DNA of 64,000 nt from contig OX597824.1 of NCBI GenBank assembly GCA_951406725.2, positions 52,824,001 through 52,888,000 on the forward strand. Direction: 5' to 3'. The notes under the pieces were generated by a model. That model was given only the letters and a program-made list of their open reading frames with translations. It had not been told where the DNA came from and searched no databases. Positions within the stretch are counted from its first letter, which is position 1. Every line of letters starts with the position of its first letter. The DNA is from Octopus vulgaris (Eukaryota). Positions 27,300-41,563 of this stretch are shown in pieces. Both the position numbers and the translations under genes were made by a program.

Positions 27300-29170
27300 A
27301 ACATATTGTCAACTTTATGGAAAAAGAAACTGTAGCAACATCCAATATTCGTGTACTTTAGCCGTATTACAATTAATAATTATGACTGTCTCACACAAAC
27401 TACCTTGGGTTTATACAACCATGTTGTCATTGCAAATTAACGTATAAAGTTTAAAAGCTGAAATAATATGAATAACCACTGAAATAATATGAATAACCAC
27501 ATTATATTGTGTTTTCAATACACAGGCATTATATTGTGAGAAGGGGTAGGAAAACATTACCGTTAAGAAATCTCCTTCACAAGAATATCTTGAATCATTC
27601 TCGTCTAAAATCTGGAATGAAAAGAGACATTTCAACCAGGATGCATCATGGCTAAATTCTGCTGGGAAAGAATGATATACCAACATCGACAGTAAAATAT
27701 TTACAATCGACACTAAAATTTTCACCATAGCAATAGACAAACTATATAATGGGAAGGTATCTGGATGAGACATAATAATATAATGTGGACATCCAAGATC
27801 AGATTGACATCCAAATTGGTTTGCTATAAGAAAGAACCTTTTAGCCACAAATGAAACCATTGACTTGGTAGAAAACTACAAACCCGTTCTAGCTAAACTC
27901 TATGTACAAGCTTTGCACAACCTGTCTCAAACAATTCCTCCAAGATCAATGTGAGTCCAACAACATCATGACTATGAGCAGGCAGGTAGAAAGAAAGAAG
28001 TGCTGGGATGTACCAAGCAACTTTTGGTAAATAAAACTGTGCTCGTAGTTTGCCGAAGTCTTTGAATTTAGTATAAGTACCAGTTACATTAGATGCAGCT
28101 ACTGTGAGGCTCACAAAATCTAGACAACAATCTTCACACAGAAAGAGAACTGGAAGGCCATCTACGATGTTATAAATATTTCAAAGAGTGTATTCTAATG
28201 AGATAGTCATTCTGTAATTTTGTTTATTTTGGCATCAAATCCGTTATCACTTCTCTTACGAAAATCCAATACCTACATGCTAGGATCTTCAACTGCTAGC
28301 GATACCAATGTAATCCATAATTTCTTTATGGATGATTGAAAGATCTATGCTAAAAACGTTTGCAATGCCAAAAACAGCTGGGCTTAATTAAATTTTCAGC
28401 TGACATACGAATATAGTCAAGGGAAGCGTTTGTATTTGATTGATGAACGTAGAGAATCAGTCTCCTAAACCCAGAACCTGTGCATCTGTGGTCTCTCTCT
28501 ATCTCTCCTGTTCCACACAAAGAATGTTACAAATACCTAGGTCCTGATGAAAACATATAATTAAGGTACTGTGAATAAAAACAGAGTGACCCGAGAATAT
28601 TATACCAAAATTTTAAAAAAGTATGGCAGTCGAAACTTTCCTCTTGTAACAAGACAATACTCCAAAATGCTTTCGCAGTACCAGTGCTCATACCAACATT
28701 TGGGGTAGTATTTCACTGGTCTGTAGAGGAAATCTATGGACATTAAAACCTGCCAGATCCTGACAAACTGGAAACTTCCACACAAACAGTGATATTGAGA
28801 GGGTCCACCTAAGAAGAGATGAAGAACAAAGAAACTTAAAAACAGTGCAGACAGCCTTCGAGTGTCGTATAGTCTCTCTCTGACAGCACCTGCTAGACGG
28901 CAGCAACAGCAAAGATAAATATATGGACCTAGTGTTGAAGAGTGAAGAGAACAATGTCCTAAATGTCGGTAGTGAGCTCCTCAGGAAGTAATCTCTTCCT
29001 GACGACTCCCATAGACCATCAGAACAGAGCAGCTGATCTCTATAGTCACACCACAAAAGAGATCAGTTGCTCTGCTGAGCTGGTCGGTATATCTCTTCGA
29101 AAATCACAGAGGATAATTACGAACAACTGCTTCGAAACCTCCAGTTTCTATACCCATATTGTAAATTCAC
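27300..29170 (+). mobile_element. Highly degenerate R4/Dong-like LINE
   Basis: FFMDD*KIYAK near 28322, YKYLG near 28528, AFAVPVLIPTFG near 28668. Confidence 0.65.
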
Positions 29171-29549
29171 ATTTATACTTATAATAATTTGTAGCTAAAT
29201 GGGAATCTAAAATTGTTGGGGTTTTCAGAAAAAACAAAGCAACCTGCTAACACCACATTGCAAATATAATCTATAAGTGAAACAGTAAAAATATGCAAGA
29301 CTTTCCTCAAGTTGAGAATGTGATATTGTTTTTGTTAACTATATTCCAACGATGGGACTTTGTATCTTTTTAAAAACTAACTCCTTCCTTACAAGGCTTC
29401 GGATAATTAAAAACAGAAAAGAACATATGAGTACATATGAAATACATATGGGTACACAGACATAAAGATAATGAAATATACACTTCAGTTTCATCGTGAT
29501 GTGCATACTCACAAGTGTGAAGTTTTCCACTCATACACTTATAATCAGA

Positions 29550-31009
29550 ACACACACTTACATACATATATCGACTAGTTTAAATAACACAAATCTGTTA
29601 ACGTTTTTGAACAAATTCAACTCGATACATCACCCAAATCGAGAGAACAATGAGGAAATCGATACGAAAAATGCAACCTCCGAAATCGTCGAAAAACCTT
29701 GGAAACTTATGCGAAACAATTAGAACATTTTTTTCTAACAACATGAATCAAGGACCTCCAAACGAGACAGCATATGGGATCAATACTCTCACAACATGCC
29801 AAATGAAACACCACATAGTACCACGATGGAACAAATCACTCAGAGATAGAAAGTTCGCCTTTTGGAAGATGATCCAAAACAACAAAGCGGATATATACAA
29901 AAAATGGCTCAATCGGACACCGTTAATTCTCCCACGTAAATTCCAGATCAAAGCTATTACAGATGAACCTGAAACACAAAGACGCTTCAGGGAAAAAATG
30001 GCACTGGAAAAGATGAAAATGGAAATAGAATGAAGATAATGTAAAATCCACTGATGAAGAGATCAACCAAGAAATTAGCAAAATGACCCAAGAGAAGATC
30101 CCCAAACTATGGAAAGAGGATTGTGATAAAGAAGACTTGAAATCTCTCCAACGCTGGGAGAAAAGCGCCTCTTGGTTCTCAAACTATGAAACCATCTTTC
30201 AAATAGAGCACGCTTCCAACAACCTTTTCCTGAAAATAAGAAAATCAAAACAACACTCAAACACTGATTCACGCCTGTCTAAAAATCGGAACCATCACCC
30301 CTGCCAAAAAAAAGAATACAGTACTTAACCCTAACTTTGTAAGCCACCAGCGATACAATATCGGTAGTACCCTAACTTCAAACAGAGAAAGGAAAAATCA
30401 CTACCCGAAGGATAGACATTGCAACCTCCCTCCCCCCATAAGGAGTTACCAACAAAACTTTCGTTCCAACAATCTACTAAACAACCATGCACAACAAACC
30501 CATACCACACGCAATAATTACCAACGACGGCCCCCTAAAACACCACATCTGAACATGGGATATCGGGACACACTTTTCAATACCGTTCCAAGAACCCACA
30601 CCATAAATCACAACAGGGCACCCCACAACAACAAGGAACAACTACATGATAGCTACCGTCCCAACCACCGCAATCGGTTTTTAGACCCAATACGCAAACA
30701 TAGAGACACAAGATAGCACCAAACAGACAGGAGGAACCAAAAGTGATAAAGATTATCAATCAAACTCACAAAGAACTAGCAGTAAACCAAATCAATATAC
30801 TCTCCAAAGGGCTCGAGTTTACACCCACCCCACAACGCCCTAACTACAATGAAATGAAAGAATTCTGTAGAAAATTACGACTCGCTGAGGAGCTATACGA
30901 CAAATACAACGAGGATGAATCGTTGGTTGGAAATAGAAGTAACTACACCCCCTCAAAAGGTAAGAAAAAAACTCTTGATCATTTCTGTGAACACATCTCC
31001 AATTTCTAA
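29550..31009 (+). mobile_element. PLE N-terminal region fragment
   Basis: ILSKGLEFTPTP..EFCRKLRLAE..NEDESLVGNRSNYTPSKG, homologous to EDESLVKNKSEHIPHRG of the 947-3016 element. Confidence 0.75.
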
Positions 31010-31020
31010 TAAGAGCGATT

Positions 31021-31373
31021 ATATATTATAAAGTAAGAGCAGGAAAGTTACATCAAAGAATTATCACAGAAGACATACGTTCAAAATAATTTTGTATTGA
31101 TAGATAGATGTATAAATATATAAAGTATGATTATTTAGAAAGTTTAAAAGTTTAAAATATCTTTAGAAATGGAATCTAAAATAGGTAATTATCTATTTTA
31201 GATTCCATTTCGAAGGGTAATACGTTCATGAAACGATCGTAAGATATTTTAAACTTTTAAACTTTCTAAATAATCATACTTTATATATTTATGTATCAAT
31301 ACAAAATTATTTTGGACGTATGTCTTCTGTGAAGATGTTTTGATGTAACTTTCCTGCTCTTACTTTATAATAT
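31021..31373. repeat. Nested fold-back: outer arms 31021-31163 / 31241-31373, inner hairpin 31166-31211
   Basis: tattataaagtaagagcaggaaagttacatcaaa versus tttgatgtaactttcctgctcttactttataata; inner gaaatggaatctaaaataggtaattatctattttagattccatttc. Confidence 0.9.
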
Positions 31374-31389
31374 GATATATAATATATAA

Positions 31390-31735
31390 TTCTGCTGGCT
31401 ACATTGAGATCCTGGAAACAGTTGTCAAACCCTGGATAGATAGAGTACATAATGGAATGCCGTACGTGTTTCAGCAGGACTTTGCGCCATCACATAAGAA
31501 TGCGCGGCAGACAATTTTCATGACCATATAATCCCTAATATTTGGCCTCCAAACACACCAGATCTCAATTCATTGGACTACTATGTGAGGAATGTTGTTG
31601 AGAGAGAGGTCAATCAACATTCTCATAATACCAAGAATTCTTTGAAAGCCACCATAGCTAGAGTAATGTCCGATACGTACCAGGGCCATTTAACTTGGGC
31701 ATGTAGATGATTCAGATCTCGCATAGAAGTATTCT
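31390..31735 (+). mobile_element. maT/DD37D-like Tc1-mariner transposase fragment
   Basis: YIEILETVVKPWI..YVFQQDFAPSH..WPPNTPDLNSLDYYV. Confidence 0.75.
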
Positions 31736-32013
31736 AATGATTGAAACAAGTAACAGATAAAAGAGACTAAATAGTAGTAACAATATGTTTAACGAGAACA
31801 AAATAACCTCAGCCTGAAATATCCTACCAATTTCTTCGCCACTTTTACCTAACATATACAACCAACATCTCCCCTCCGCAGTACCAACGCACTAACTTTT
31901 GAATAATCAACTAGCAACCGCATTTATAGTATCAGCATGAAAGCTATCTGTAGTTACATAAGCTGTATGTGAACACGACGGAGTGTTTGTGTTTGCTTGT
32001 ATTTTCTGTGTGT

Positions 32014-32094
<81 letters not shown>

Positions 32095-32379
32095 GGAGTA
32101 GGGTGTTTAGTTTTATGGTTAAAGTAATGGGTGCAATCGACGAGGTACGCACGAACCAGGTAACCTTTTATTATATTCTGTTTGTTCAGTTTTTGTTTTC
32201 GCTTTACTCCTTCACCCTTTCATCTCATCTCCATCCTTAAATCCACAGAAATGAGACAATTTTTGGAACTCACAAAATGTTTTGATCCTGGTTCCATTTT
32301 TTTACAACTTATTTCTTGTGAATATATGTTGAGTGCTTCTACTATAAGATTTACCAACAATTCAAGATATCTGGAAAGA

Positions 32380-33900
32380 AGCCATTAAGTAGAACAGAAA
32401 GCAATACTATGAAAGGAAACTGTCAAAATAATTACGCTGGATATTATACTTAGTGCTTTAAAAGGGCTTGATGCGAAAGAAAAATACAGCCACATTGTCA
32501 AATCATTAAAGCATACAAAGGTCTGCAGTAGAAACATTACATAACAATAAATAGAAAATTAAATGAAGTTCTCTAAAGGCTACAAATTAGCTTTTTTTTT
32601 CAATGATCTGCGATGCATAAAATAGATCGGTTCTCGGATGTATGAATCGAGGATCGTTGATAAGCACGATAGTAATTTTTAAAATGTTTTCATGACAATT
32701 AGTAGAGAAAAACAGGTGAAACTTCTAATGAAAAACTTTTTCTAACTAGTAAAGGCTGGCTGGAAGCGTTTGAATTTTCACACATTAAAAATGGCGAAGC
32801 AGAGGCTGTCACTAATTATCCTGGGTAACAGAAGAAAATAGTTGGCGAAGCGTGTTACACGCTGGAGTTATGTATATTTTCCTGGAAATGCAACTGTGTT
32901 AGAACTTATATTTCGCGAAAAAGAAAATCGGCCTCATTATATAAAGCTTCCAAAAATCGCCCGACGCTTCTTCTGAGAGGAAATGTTGCGATGGTATGCA
33001 ATTAAAACCCTTACTCGTGTATCACTTTGAAAAGCGAAGGGCTTTGAAAGTTTAATTTGCCTTTGATTTCGTGTTAATATTAAAAAAGAAAAGCATGGCT
33101 AAGAGCCTTTTCGAAGAGTGGTTTACAAACTCTTTTGTCTTGCTGTAGAAAGGTAGAGTGCCTCACATAATATTTTCAACAAAGCATTGCTCCTTTCAGA
33201 CAATGTGCTAAGCAATCCAGTGAACTTAATTAAATGAGTTTTCTGATAATGTGAGAGTAGAATATATCTTCAAGAATACTTCTTTGGAGCAGCTAATTTC
33301 AAGGCATATTATCTGAGAACTTTCAAACAACCTATGGAAACAATTGATAGGAAAATAAACATACAATTAGAGACATATGGAGAAGTTCAACACAATGGAT
33401 GCTGTGGGTTACATGGCTGAGCCATGGGAAGAAGCAGGACCATCAAATGTTAACGGTGCTTTGAAAATACATAGTCAGAGTGTATCCGTGACTTTACTAG
33501 TTTTTCCGAAAGCAACTCAAATTCATAAAGATATCATGACAATTGCAAATGATGTCGGCTTTGAAGGTGTTATAGATGATGTGGTTTAGTTACTAGTATA
33601 CCGTAGAGAAAGATTTTTTCTAAAGAGGAGCCGATACTGTTAGACTGAGAGCAAACTGAGAATACAGATGATAATGCGGAAATTCTCAACGTCACTTAAA
33701 TTGATAACAACATAAAAAACCTAATGGTTGCAACTTATAGAAGAATGATGCAAGTTTTTGCTAACATCCCGAATCGTGAATGTAACAAAAATTACAACAA
33801 TTTCACTTCTGACTCTGCGCTACAATGATATTGTTAATGAACTGCAAGATATAAGATATTGTTCCTCATCTTCTCTGTAACCAACATTCCGTCACAATAA
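32380..33900 (+). mobile_element. Degenerate Tigger/pogo-like DNA transposon
   Basis: Scattered motifs KGW, GEA, FWK, TLLLRGN, KPLLVYH, KAW, LLLSDN in the expected order. Confidence 0.65.
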
Positions 33901-34247
33901 CTCCTTGCATAGTAGTTAACGTTTATTGTGGCAAGAACAAATCCTATTACAATAATGCGATTCTTATATATTTCTTAACATATTTCTCTTCAAATATTTT
34001 TATGTATACATATTGTACCGTATGTGTTTAGAAATTATTTCTATGCATAAAAATAATCATGTTGTTTTTGTTTTTTTTATTGTTTTGGTTTTCATAAAGA
34101 AAATGCTTCGGAGCATATTATCACATTATGACATAAAGATGGGGAAAATTGATATTACATTACGGGACTTCATGTAACGGCAAGATTTTCAGGAAGGCAT
34201 TACTTGTGTGTGTGTATGTGTGTGTGTGTGTGTGTGTATGTGTGTGT

Positions 34248-34304
<57 letters not shown>

Positions 34305-36279
34305 CATGCATATATTAGAATATATAAGCCTAATACATATATTCATTCACATATACATGTATTCATGTATATAAATTGATAAGTATGTATATTACAATTA
34401 GGATCGGATTAAGGGCAACTGACATCCTAAGCACAACTAAACACTGTTGTTCCCTCAAACCTTTCATTGACAAAGTATTAAGACATAAAATCTGAATATA
34501 AACTAATAGATTAAAATTTGAGTTTTCTCTTCTAAGAGATTATCATATTTACTTCCAACTAAATCAGTTACAAGCTATTTTTTAACACGAAATAGTTGTA
34601 GCCAAGAGAAGCGAATTATTTACTTATTTGTAAAGCAACAGAAATATTTTAATATTTTTTTAATGTGTAGCACTTATTTCAATATCACCGTTGTTCATGG
34701 TGGCAAATCAGATCCTGCAACAATGTCTGTGGTACCAAAATTGGTCCCCAAAAAACGGATTTAATACCTTTAATTGTGAATCTGGGCCTAGTTACTAACA
34801 ATGCGAAAAATTCAAATAATAAGCTTCGGAAGCCGGTTCCCACTCTGATTGCAAGGATCAGCGTCCAAAATGATACTCCCAATGCATACGTGCATATATT
34901 TTGCATAGTAGCTGTATGTCTGTTAATTTATCTGTCCTCCCAACCATCTATCTTTCCAAAGATATATGTATATTTGTAGCCGTGTTTCGACCCTTGCGTT
35001 CTCTACTTTTCCGTTCTTATTCATCCTTTCCAACATCTCTCTATCTGTCTGTCTTTATTAAGGTGGATAATCAAAACAATAGAAACAACATTCAATCGCC
35101 CGTCAATAGTAGTCGCCGGTTGTAAAACAGAACCCAAACGACTGAAGATATTAATTCATTAATTCGTATTCGTTCATTCGTATATTCATTCATTCTTACA
35201 TTTTTGCTTCATTCATTCACGTATTAGTTTATTCTTTTATTCTCACAACCAATCAGCCTGCATAGCAAGCCAGTGTTAGTCAATAACACAGGCTTACAAA
35301 GAAGACAGACAGACAGACATGCGGACAGGCATGCAGCCAAACATACATGCAGACGCAAAAGTAACGCATTCATGAAGGCGCAGAGGATTATATCCATTCA
35401 ACATACCTCCAACCCTTACTCGCCCATCCTTCTCACGTCAGTCAGCCAACAAACCGGACAGCCAGCCAGTCGTCAACCTACATTAGGAATCGACGCCAGC
35501 CAGCCTACCGAGCAGGTAAGTCAGGAGTACAGGTATCCTCGTAGTGACATGCAGTTTCTAAACTGCTTGACATACGGAATTCAAACAGTAAAGCGCCGAA
35601 CTTTCTAAGCTTTTTGTTTCTAAGCTTTTTGTTCCGCCGTATTAGCGTCAAGTCTGCTCCATCATCGATACAATGATTAATAGCATAACATGGCTAGATT
35701 ACATTCCCCATATAAGTGACCATATGCAAAGTCTTACCGGAAACAGTAGGATGATGTGTCAAACGCTATGAGTTAAATAGTCACGTTCTTCGAAGTTTGA
35801 GTTCCAACCTCACCAGTGTCTATATAGTAAGTACAAAATATATTTGTAGTTGATTTAATCGTATATATCCCTCCCTTACAGACTTCCATCCTTGCAAGAA
35901 AATAGTGACGTTGTTGTTACTAGCTAAGTGGGACTCGATATCACTGAGGTAGTACGCATCAATGACTTCTTAGACCACCATTCATTATGTGACCATAACA
36001 ACATAAGGAATATTAGAGGGAATAATATATAGATATTTTGCTGCATTTCTGACGAATACACCCCAGTTTCTGTATCGGAATTGCATTTATATGTCGAGAA
36101 ATTGAAAAACTCACATTGGAAGTACCTAGAACTGAAGTGATAAAATTACGGTCTCTTTGATTTAAAGTGGCATAAAACCGAAAGAACTGGTCTTACGAAT
36201 CTTAGAATTCTTTCAATTATTTGAGTTTTCGTACATGTACCTATACACATCCAAATGTGCATGTATATGTATGCACTGA

Positions 36280-38607
36280 CATCCACATCAACATCAAAGC
36301 ACCGGAGGACCTAAAACTAAGGCCCATCGTGGCTGGTACCTCCTGTGAAACACACCGCCTGAGTAACTTCCTAGACATCCTTTTGAAACCTTTCCTTACC
36401 CACATCAAAAGTTTCATTAGGGATGATCTGGACATGCTCAAACACCTCCCGAAAACAGTTAATGAGGAGGCACTCCTGGTATCCTTTGATGTCATCAACC
36501 TCTACACCAACATTCCACATGAGTATGGTATAGAGGCAATTGACTTCTGGCTAGAAAAACACCCAGAGACATTCCCTGACCGCATTAACAAGTCTTTTAT
36601 TACAGAATCTCTTAAGTTCATTCTGACAAACAATTTTTTTCTCTTCGACGACACACACTACCGTCAAAAATGTGGCATTGCGATGGGTACCAAGGCTGCA
36701 CCAGTCCTTGCGAACCTCATAATGGGTTACTTCGAACTGTCACTCTATGAAATATCAAGCCAGAAATTTGGACATGTTTTCCACACCTACCTAATGGAAA
36801 ACTGGAAAAGGTATTTAGATGATTGTTTCATCATATGGAAAGAACCTTATGAAAAACTCCTGGAATTCAAAACCATACTAAACAACATACATCCCAACAT
36901 CCAATTCACTATGGAATTAAGCAAACATCATAACAGACATCTACCACAAACCTACAGACTCACAACAATACCTCCTCTTTAGTTCATGCCACCCAAAACA
37001 CACCAAGACAAATATCCCTTTCAATTTAGCTAAAAGGGTATGCACCATTGTCTCGGATCCAAAAACACGAGAAATACGCCTTCAAGACCTCAAAAAAACA
37101 CTATTACAACGTCAATATCCCTCCACCCTTATAGAGTATGGAATAAAACGCGCCAAAGAACTAGACAACACTACACTGAAAACCACCCAACCTAACACCA
37201 CACACAACCTCAAAATACTTCCATACATTTCCACCCACAACCCCAAAAATATCGAAGCATACACCACAATCATACAAAACCTCAGTCTACTGTCAACAGA
37301 CCCAAAAATGAAAAACATTATAAATACACACAAAATCCTCAAATGCAAAAGGCAACACAAATCTTTAAAAAAACTCTTGACAAATGCCAAACTTCACACA
37401 CCACATCCACCCCCAACAGTAAAAAAATGTGCACGCTCAAACTGTGGTACCTGCCCCTTTCTACTTGAAGGCTCTGAATTTACCTTCAAACAAGGTACGA
37501 AGTTTAAAATCAAGACTAACTTCTCCTGTTCCTCCGAGAACCTTATCTACGTTCTCACATGCGCTGGTTGCCAACATAATTATGTTGGACAAACGAGTCT
37601 CCCGTTACGTAAACGAGTAACGGTGCATAAAGAACAAATAAATCTCCCGGAATACCGACAAATTCCACTGAGTGACCACTTAGACTCATGTGCTAAAGAC
37701 TTAAACCCCAAATTCTATATATTCCCCTTCTACCAATGTAAAGACGGGATCACCACACAGGAGAGAATTAACAAGGAGAATCTCTTTATTGAAAAATTCC
37801 AAACACAACTTAATATGCAAACTCCTAGTTGATCAAACTTCCTTTCTCTACCTCACTCTTCATGGATGGACTAACACAAATATATAAAGATACCATGCAT
37901 TCATCACTTCAAGCTAAAACTTATATTCTTTAAATATCATTTTTACTATTGTTGTTATTACTATCATTTTTATTAAACTTTTATTATAAATGATATGACA
38001 ATTTGAAATGCAATTGTCTATGCAGATTTATATTATTAGAAAATAATATAAATAAAGTGTCAAAATCTGAAAGTTAAGTTAACAAGCAATTATATAAAAA
38101 AGATAATGCAAATGAAGCTAAAATGATAGTTTTATAATTTGGGTTTTATTGAAGAACTCAAAAGAGTTGTCTCCCCTTACTCACAACACAGGAACTGAAG
38201 AACCAGGACCACAATTACTACTACTTCCTGTCCTGCAAACATGCTGAATTTAACAACACAACACAACACATGCTCTTAATCCCTTTGGATCTTAACACCT
38301 CAAGGTAATTTTTTCGTAAACAACCATAAAACTCAAGATACACAACGAACTCACAATGTATCGGAGAACTTATTTTTTAATTTTTGTACATTTTTATCAT
38401 TATTCTTTTACAAAAAACAATGCAATTTTCTTTTTTTCCCCTTTCTAATTTTTAAAAAAACTTCTTAAAACATAAATATTCTTGACAAGTCATACAATGA
38501 CGAAAACCGGTTGAATAAATATATATTTATATATTTTATCAATTTCTCATTTTATTAAAATTTTCTTTCATTTGAGCATTCTGCATTTTTAAAAAAATTT
38601 TTCCTTA

Positions 38608-38608
<1 letters not shown>
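36280..38608 (+). mobile_element. Second Neptune-type PLE (different subfamily), 5'-truncated
   Basis: ORF 36221-36982 (RPIVAG, SFDVINLYT, GIAMGT, RYLDD) and ORF 37308-37832 (CARSNCGTC, IYVLTC..YVG); long 3' UTR ending in (TA)n. Confidence 0.92.
38477..38517 (+). ncRNA. Hammerhead-like motif (U3/A8 core variant) in the PLE 3' terminus
   Basis: TATTC-TTGACAA-GTCAT-ACA-ATGAC-GAAA-ACCGGT-T-GAATA; helices I and II pair perfectly, helix III is palindromic. Confidence 0.68.
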
Positions 38609-38668
<60 letters not shown>

Positions 38669-38697
38669 GTGTATATATATATATGTATATATGTATG

Positions 38698-38747
<50 letters not shown>

Positions 38748-38870
38748 GTGTGTGTGTATATATATGTATGTATGTATATATATGTATATATGTATGTATA
38801 TATATATATGTATATATATATATGCATATATATATATATGTATATATATATGTATGTATATATATATATG

Positions 38871-38911
<41 letters not shown>

Positions 38912-38988
38912 TTAATATGTATGTATTATGTATACATGTATACCTGTACCTTTACAAACATAAATATACAAATGTGTATGTATGTATG

Positions 38989-39024
<36 letters not shown>

Positions 39025-39075
39025 TGTATATATACATATACACATATATATATATATGTATGTATGTATGTATGC
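38609..39075. repeat. (TA)n/(TATG)n microsatellite block
   Basis: Seen directly. Confidence 0.95.
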
Positions 39076-39295
39076 ATTCGTGCATCTGTGTTTGTCCCCC
39101 ACCCACCATCGCTTGACAACGGATGTTGGTGTGCTTACATCCCCGTAACTTAGCATTTGGGCAAAAGCGATCGATAGAATAAGTACTGGGCTTACAAAGA
39201 ATAAGTCTTTGGATCGATTTGTTCGACAAAAGGCGGTGCTCCAGCATGGATGCAGTCAAATGACTGAAACAAGTAAAAGAATAAAAGAATAAAAA
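39076..39295 (+). mobile_element. SINE family A, 3' half
   Basis: cgcttgacaac..ccccgtaacttagc..gatagaataagtactgggcttac..ggcggtgctccagcatgg. Confidence 0.85.
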
Positions 39296-39456
39296 TAATA
39301 TATAAACGATGTGTGTGTGAATTTGGGAGTAGAATATGTTGAATAAAATCATAATTAACAGATCCTCCTGTATTTTATTTTACACAATGCTTCAGCATCC
39401 ACTCGTTTACATATATGTTGTGTGTGTGTGTGTGTGTGTGTGTAAATTATATATAT

Positions 39457-39551
<95 letters not shown>

Positions 39552-39629
39552 AGTTGGGGATGGGGGGACAAACACAGACAAACAAAGAAAATTACTAGAT
39601 CACATCTAAAATGCTCTTAAACAAACTGA

Positions 39630-41563
39630 AAACATCTAGCAAAAGATCTGATTTGTTTTTTTCTCAAACGACAAAACTTCGACCAAGATCAAAAAGTTAA
39701 CAGAAGAAATGACAGATAAATATATTCAGACCTTTCTGAAGTTCCAAGTGTTATGTATACAAAATTTCCTGCAATTGTCATGGTTTTAGGGATTGTCAGC
39801 CTGGAAATAATTGTTAAGCCCTGGATAGACAGAGTATGCAATGGAAGGACATATATGTTTCAGGTTATATGCTTTTCAGTAAGACTCTGCACTATCACCC
39901 ATGGCTCGAGCAACACATTTTCATGAGCACATAACTCCTAACATTTGGTCTCCTAATTCCCTAGATCACAATCCATTGGACAATTACAGGTAGAACGTAG
40001 TTGAGATAGAGGGCAATGAACACGCCCACAACACCAAAGATTCTTTGAAAGCTGCCATAGTCGGAGTAATGTCCAAAATGAACCGGGACCACTTGATACG
40101 AGCAGGCAACTGATTTAGATTTCATATAGAAGCAGTTGTTGAAGCTGAAGGTGGCTTTAGTGAATAACATTATAGAAAAGAACGTTTATTTTTATCTTCA
40201 AAGCATTTTTTGATAAATAAAGTTATTATCTGTTATTACGAGGGGCGTTCAATAAGTAATGCCCCTGACCCACTTGCAGTTGTTTGATCTAGCTGAAATT
40301 TTGCATGTGCACTTATTTATACCTCTATAGATTAAGTGGCGAATTACAGCTCTGAACTAATTGTGGTTTCTGTTTACAGGTGTTTGAACTGAGTCAAGTG
40401 TGAAATGGAGCCTGTTGAGTGTCGAGCAGTGATCTGGTTTTTGTATTTGAAAGGACGCACACCACGGGAGACTTTTGATGAAATGAAACTAACTTATGGT
40501 GATGATGCCCCATCATATGACCTTGTAAAACGCTGGCATTGTGAATTCAAACATAGTCGGAACTCTGTGGAAACAGCTCCCAGATCTGGTCGCCCCCTTC
40601 TGCCGTTGATGAGACGTCTGTCCGTCAAGTTGAGGCTGCCATTTTGGAAGATCAACGCATAACTATTCGCTAAATATCCCATAAGGTCAAGATTAGTACC
40701 GGGTCTGTGAAAACTATCATTCATGACCATTTGCATATGCAAAAGGTGTCTGCCAGATGGATTTCCAGGTTGCTCACACCTTTCCAGAAGCAAGAACGCT
40801 TTGAGTGCTCGAGGATGAATTTGGAGATGTGCCAAGAAGATGAGTCAAAATTTTTCAAAAGACTGATCACACAGGATAAAACCTGGGTCCATCACTATGA
40901 TCCATAGACCAAAGCCCAATCAATGCAGTGAAAGCACCGTGACTCACCTCCTCCAAAGAAGGCAAGGGTGCAGCCCTCCGCTGACAAGGTTATGCTCACA
41001 GTCTTCTGGGACCAGGACGGAGTAGTGATGAAAGATTTCCTGGCAAAGGGTACCACAATTACAGGAGCCTATTATGCTTCACTTTTGAGGAAATTAAGAG
41101 AAGCTATCAAAATCAAGAGGCGGGGCAAGATCAGCAAAGGCATCCTCCTCCTGCAGGACAACGCTCCGGTCCACAACTCGCGTGTCGCCAGATCAGAAGC
41201 ACAGGCGTGCAGCTATGAACTCCTCCCCTTGCACCCTCTGATTTTCACCTCTTCCCAGCCATGAAGTTCATTTTGAAAGGAAAGCGTTTCCCAGATGATG
41301 CAGCCTTGATTTCTGAAGTCACGTCGTGGTTGGAGGACCAAGCTGGGGTCTTCTACAAAAACGGTCTCCAGAGCTGTATCAAACGATGGGAGAAATGCAT
41401 AACTCTGGGTAGTTCCTATGTAGGAAAAGACTAATAACTGTGCCAAGTGTCGTTGCTCTACTGCTATGGGAAGTGGGTCAGGGGCATTACTTATTGAACG
41501 CCCCTCGTATATATCTGATTTTTTATAAACAATTCTGTCCTCAAGTATCTTACGCACCCTGTA
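39630..41563 (+). mobile_element. Degenerate maT/DD37D-like transposon, interrupted near its 3' end by a mariner
   Basis: Homologous to 31390-31735 (VKPWID, WSPNSLD); sequence resumes after 41509 and ends cttacgcaccctg-TA. Confidence 0.6.
40239..41507 (+). mobile_element. Full-length mariner element (about 1.27 kb) with 37-bp TIRs and TA target duplication; transposase pseudogene
   Basis: TIR cgaggggcgttcaataagtaatgcccctgacccactt at both ends; TA at 40237-38 and 41508-09; motifs WISRLLT, ITQDKTWVHHYDP, LLQDNAPVH; stops and a deletion in YSPDLAP. Confidence 0.95.
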
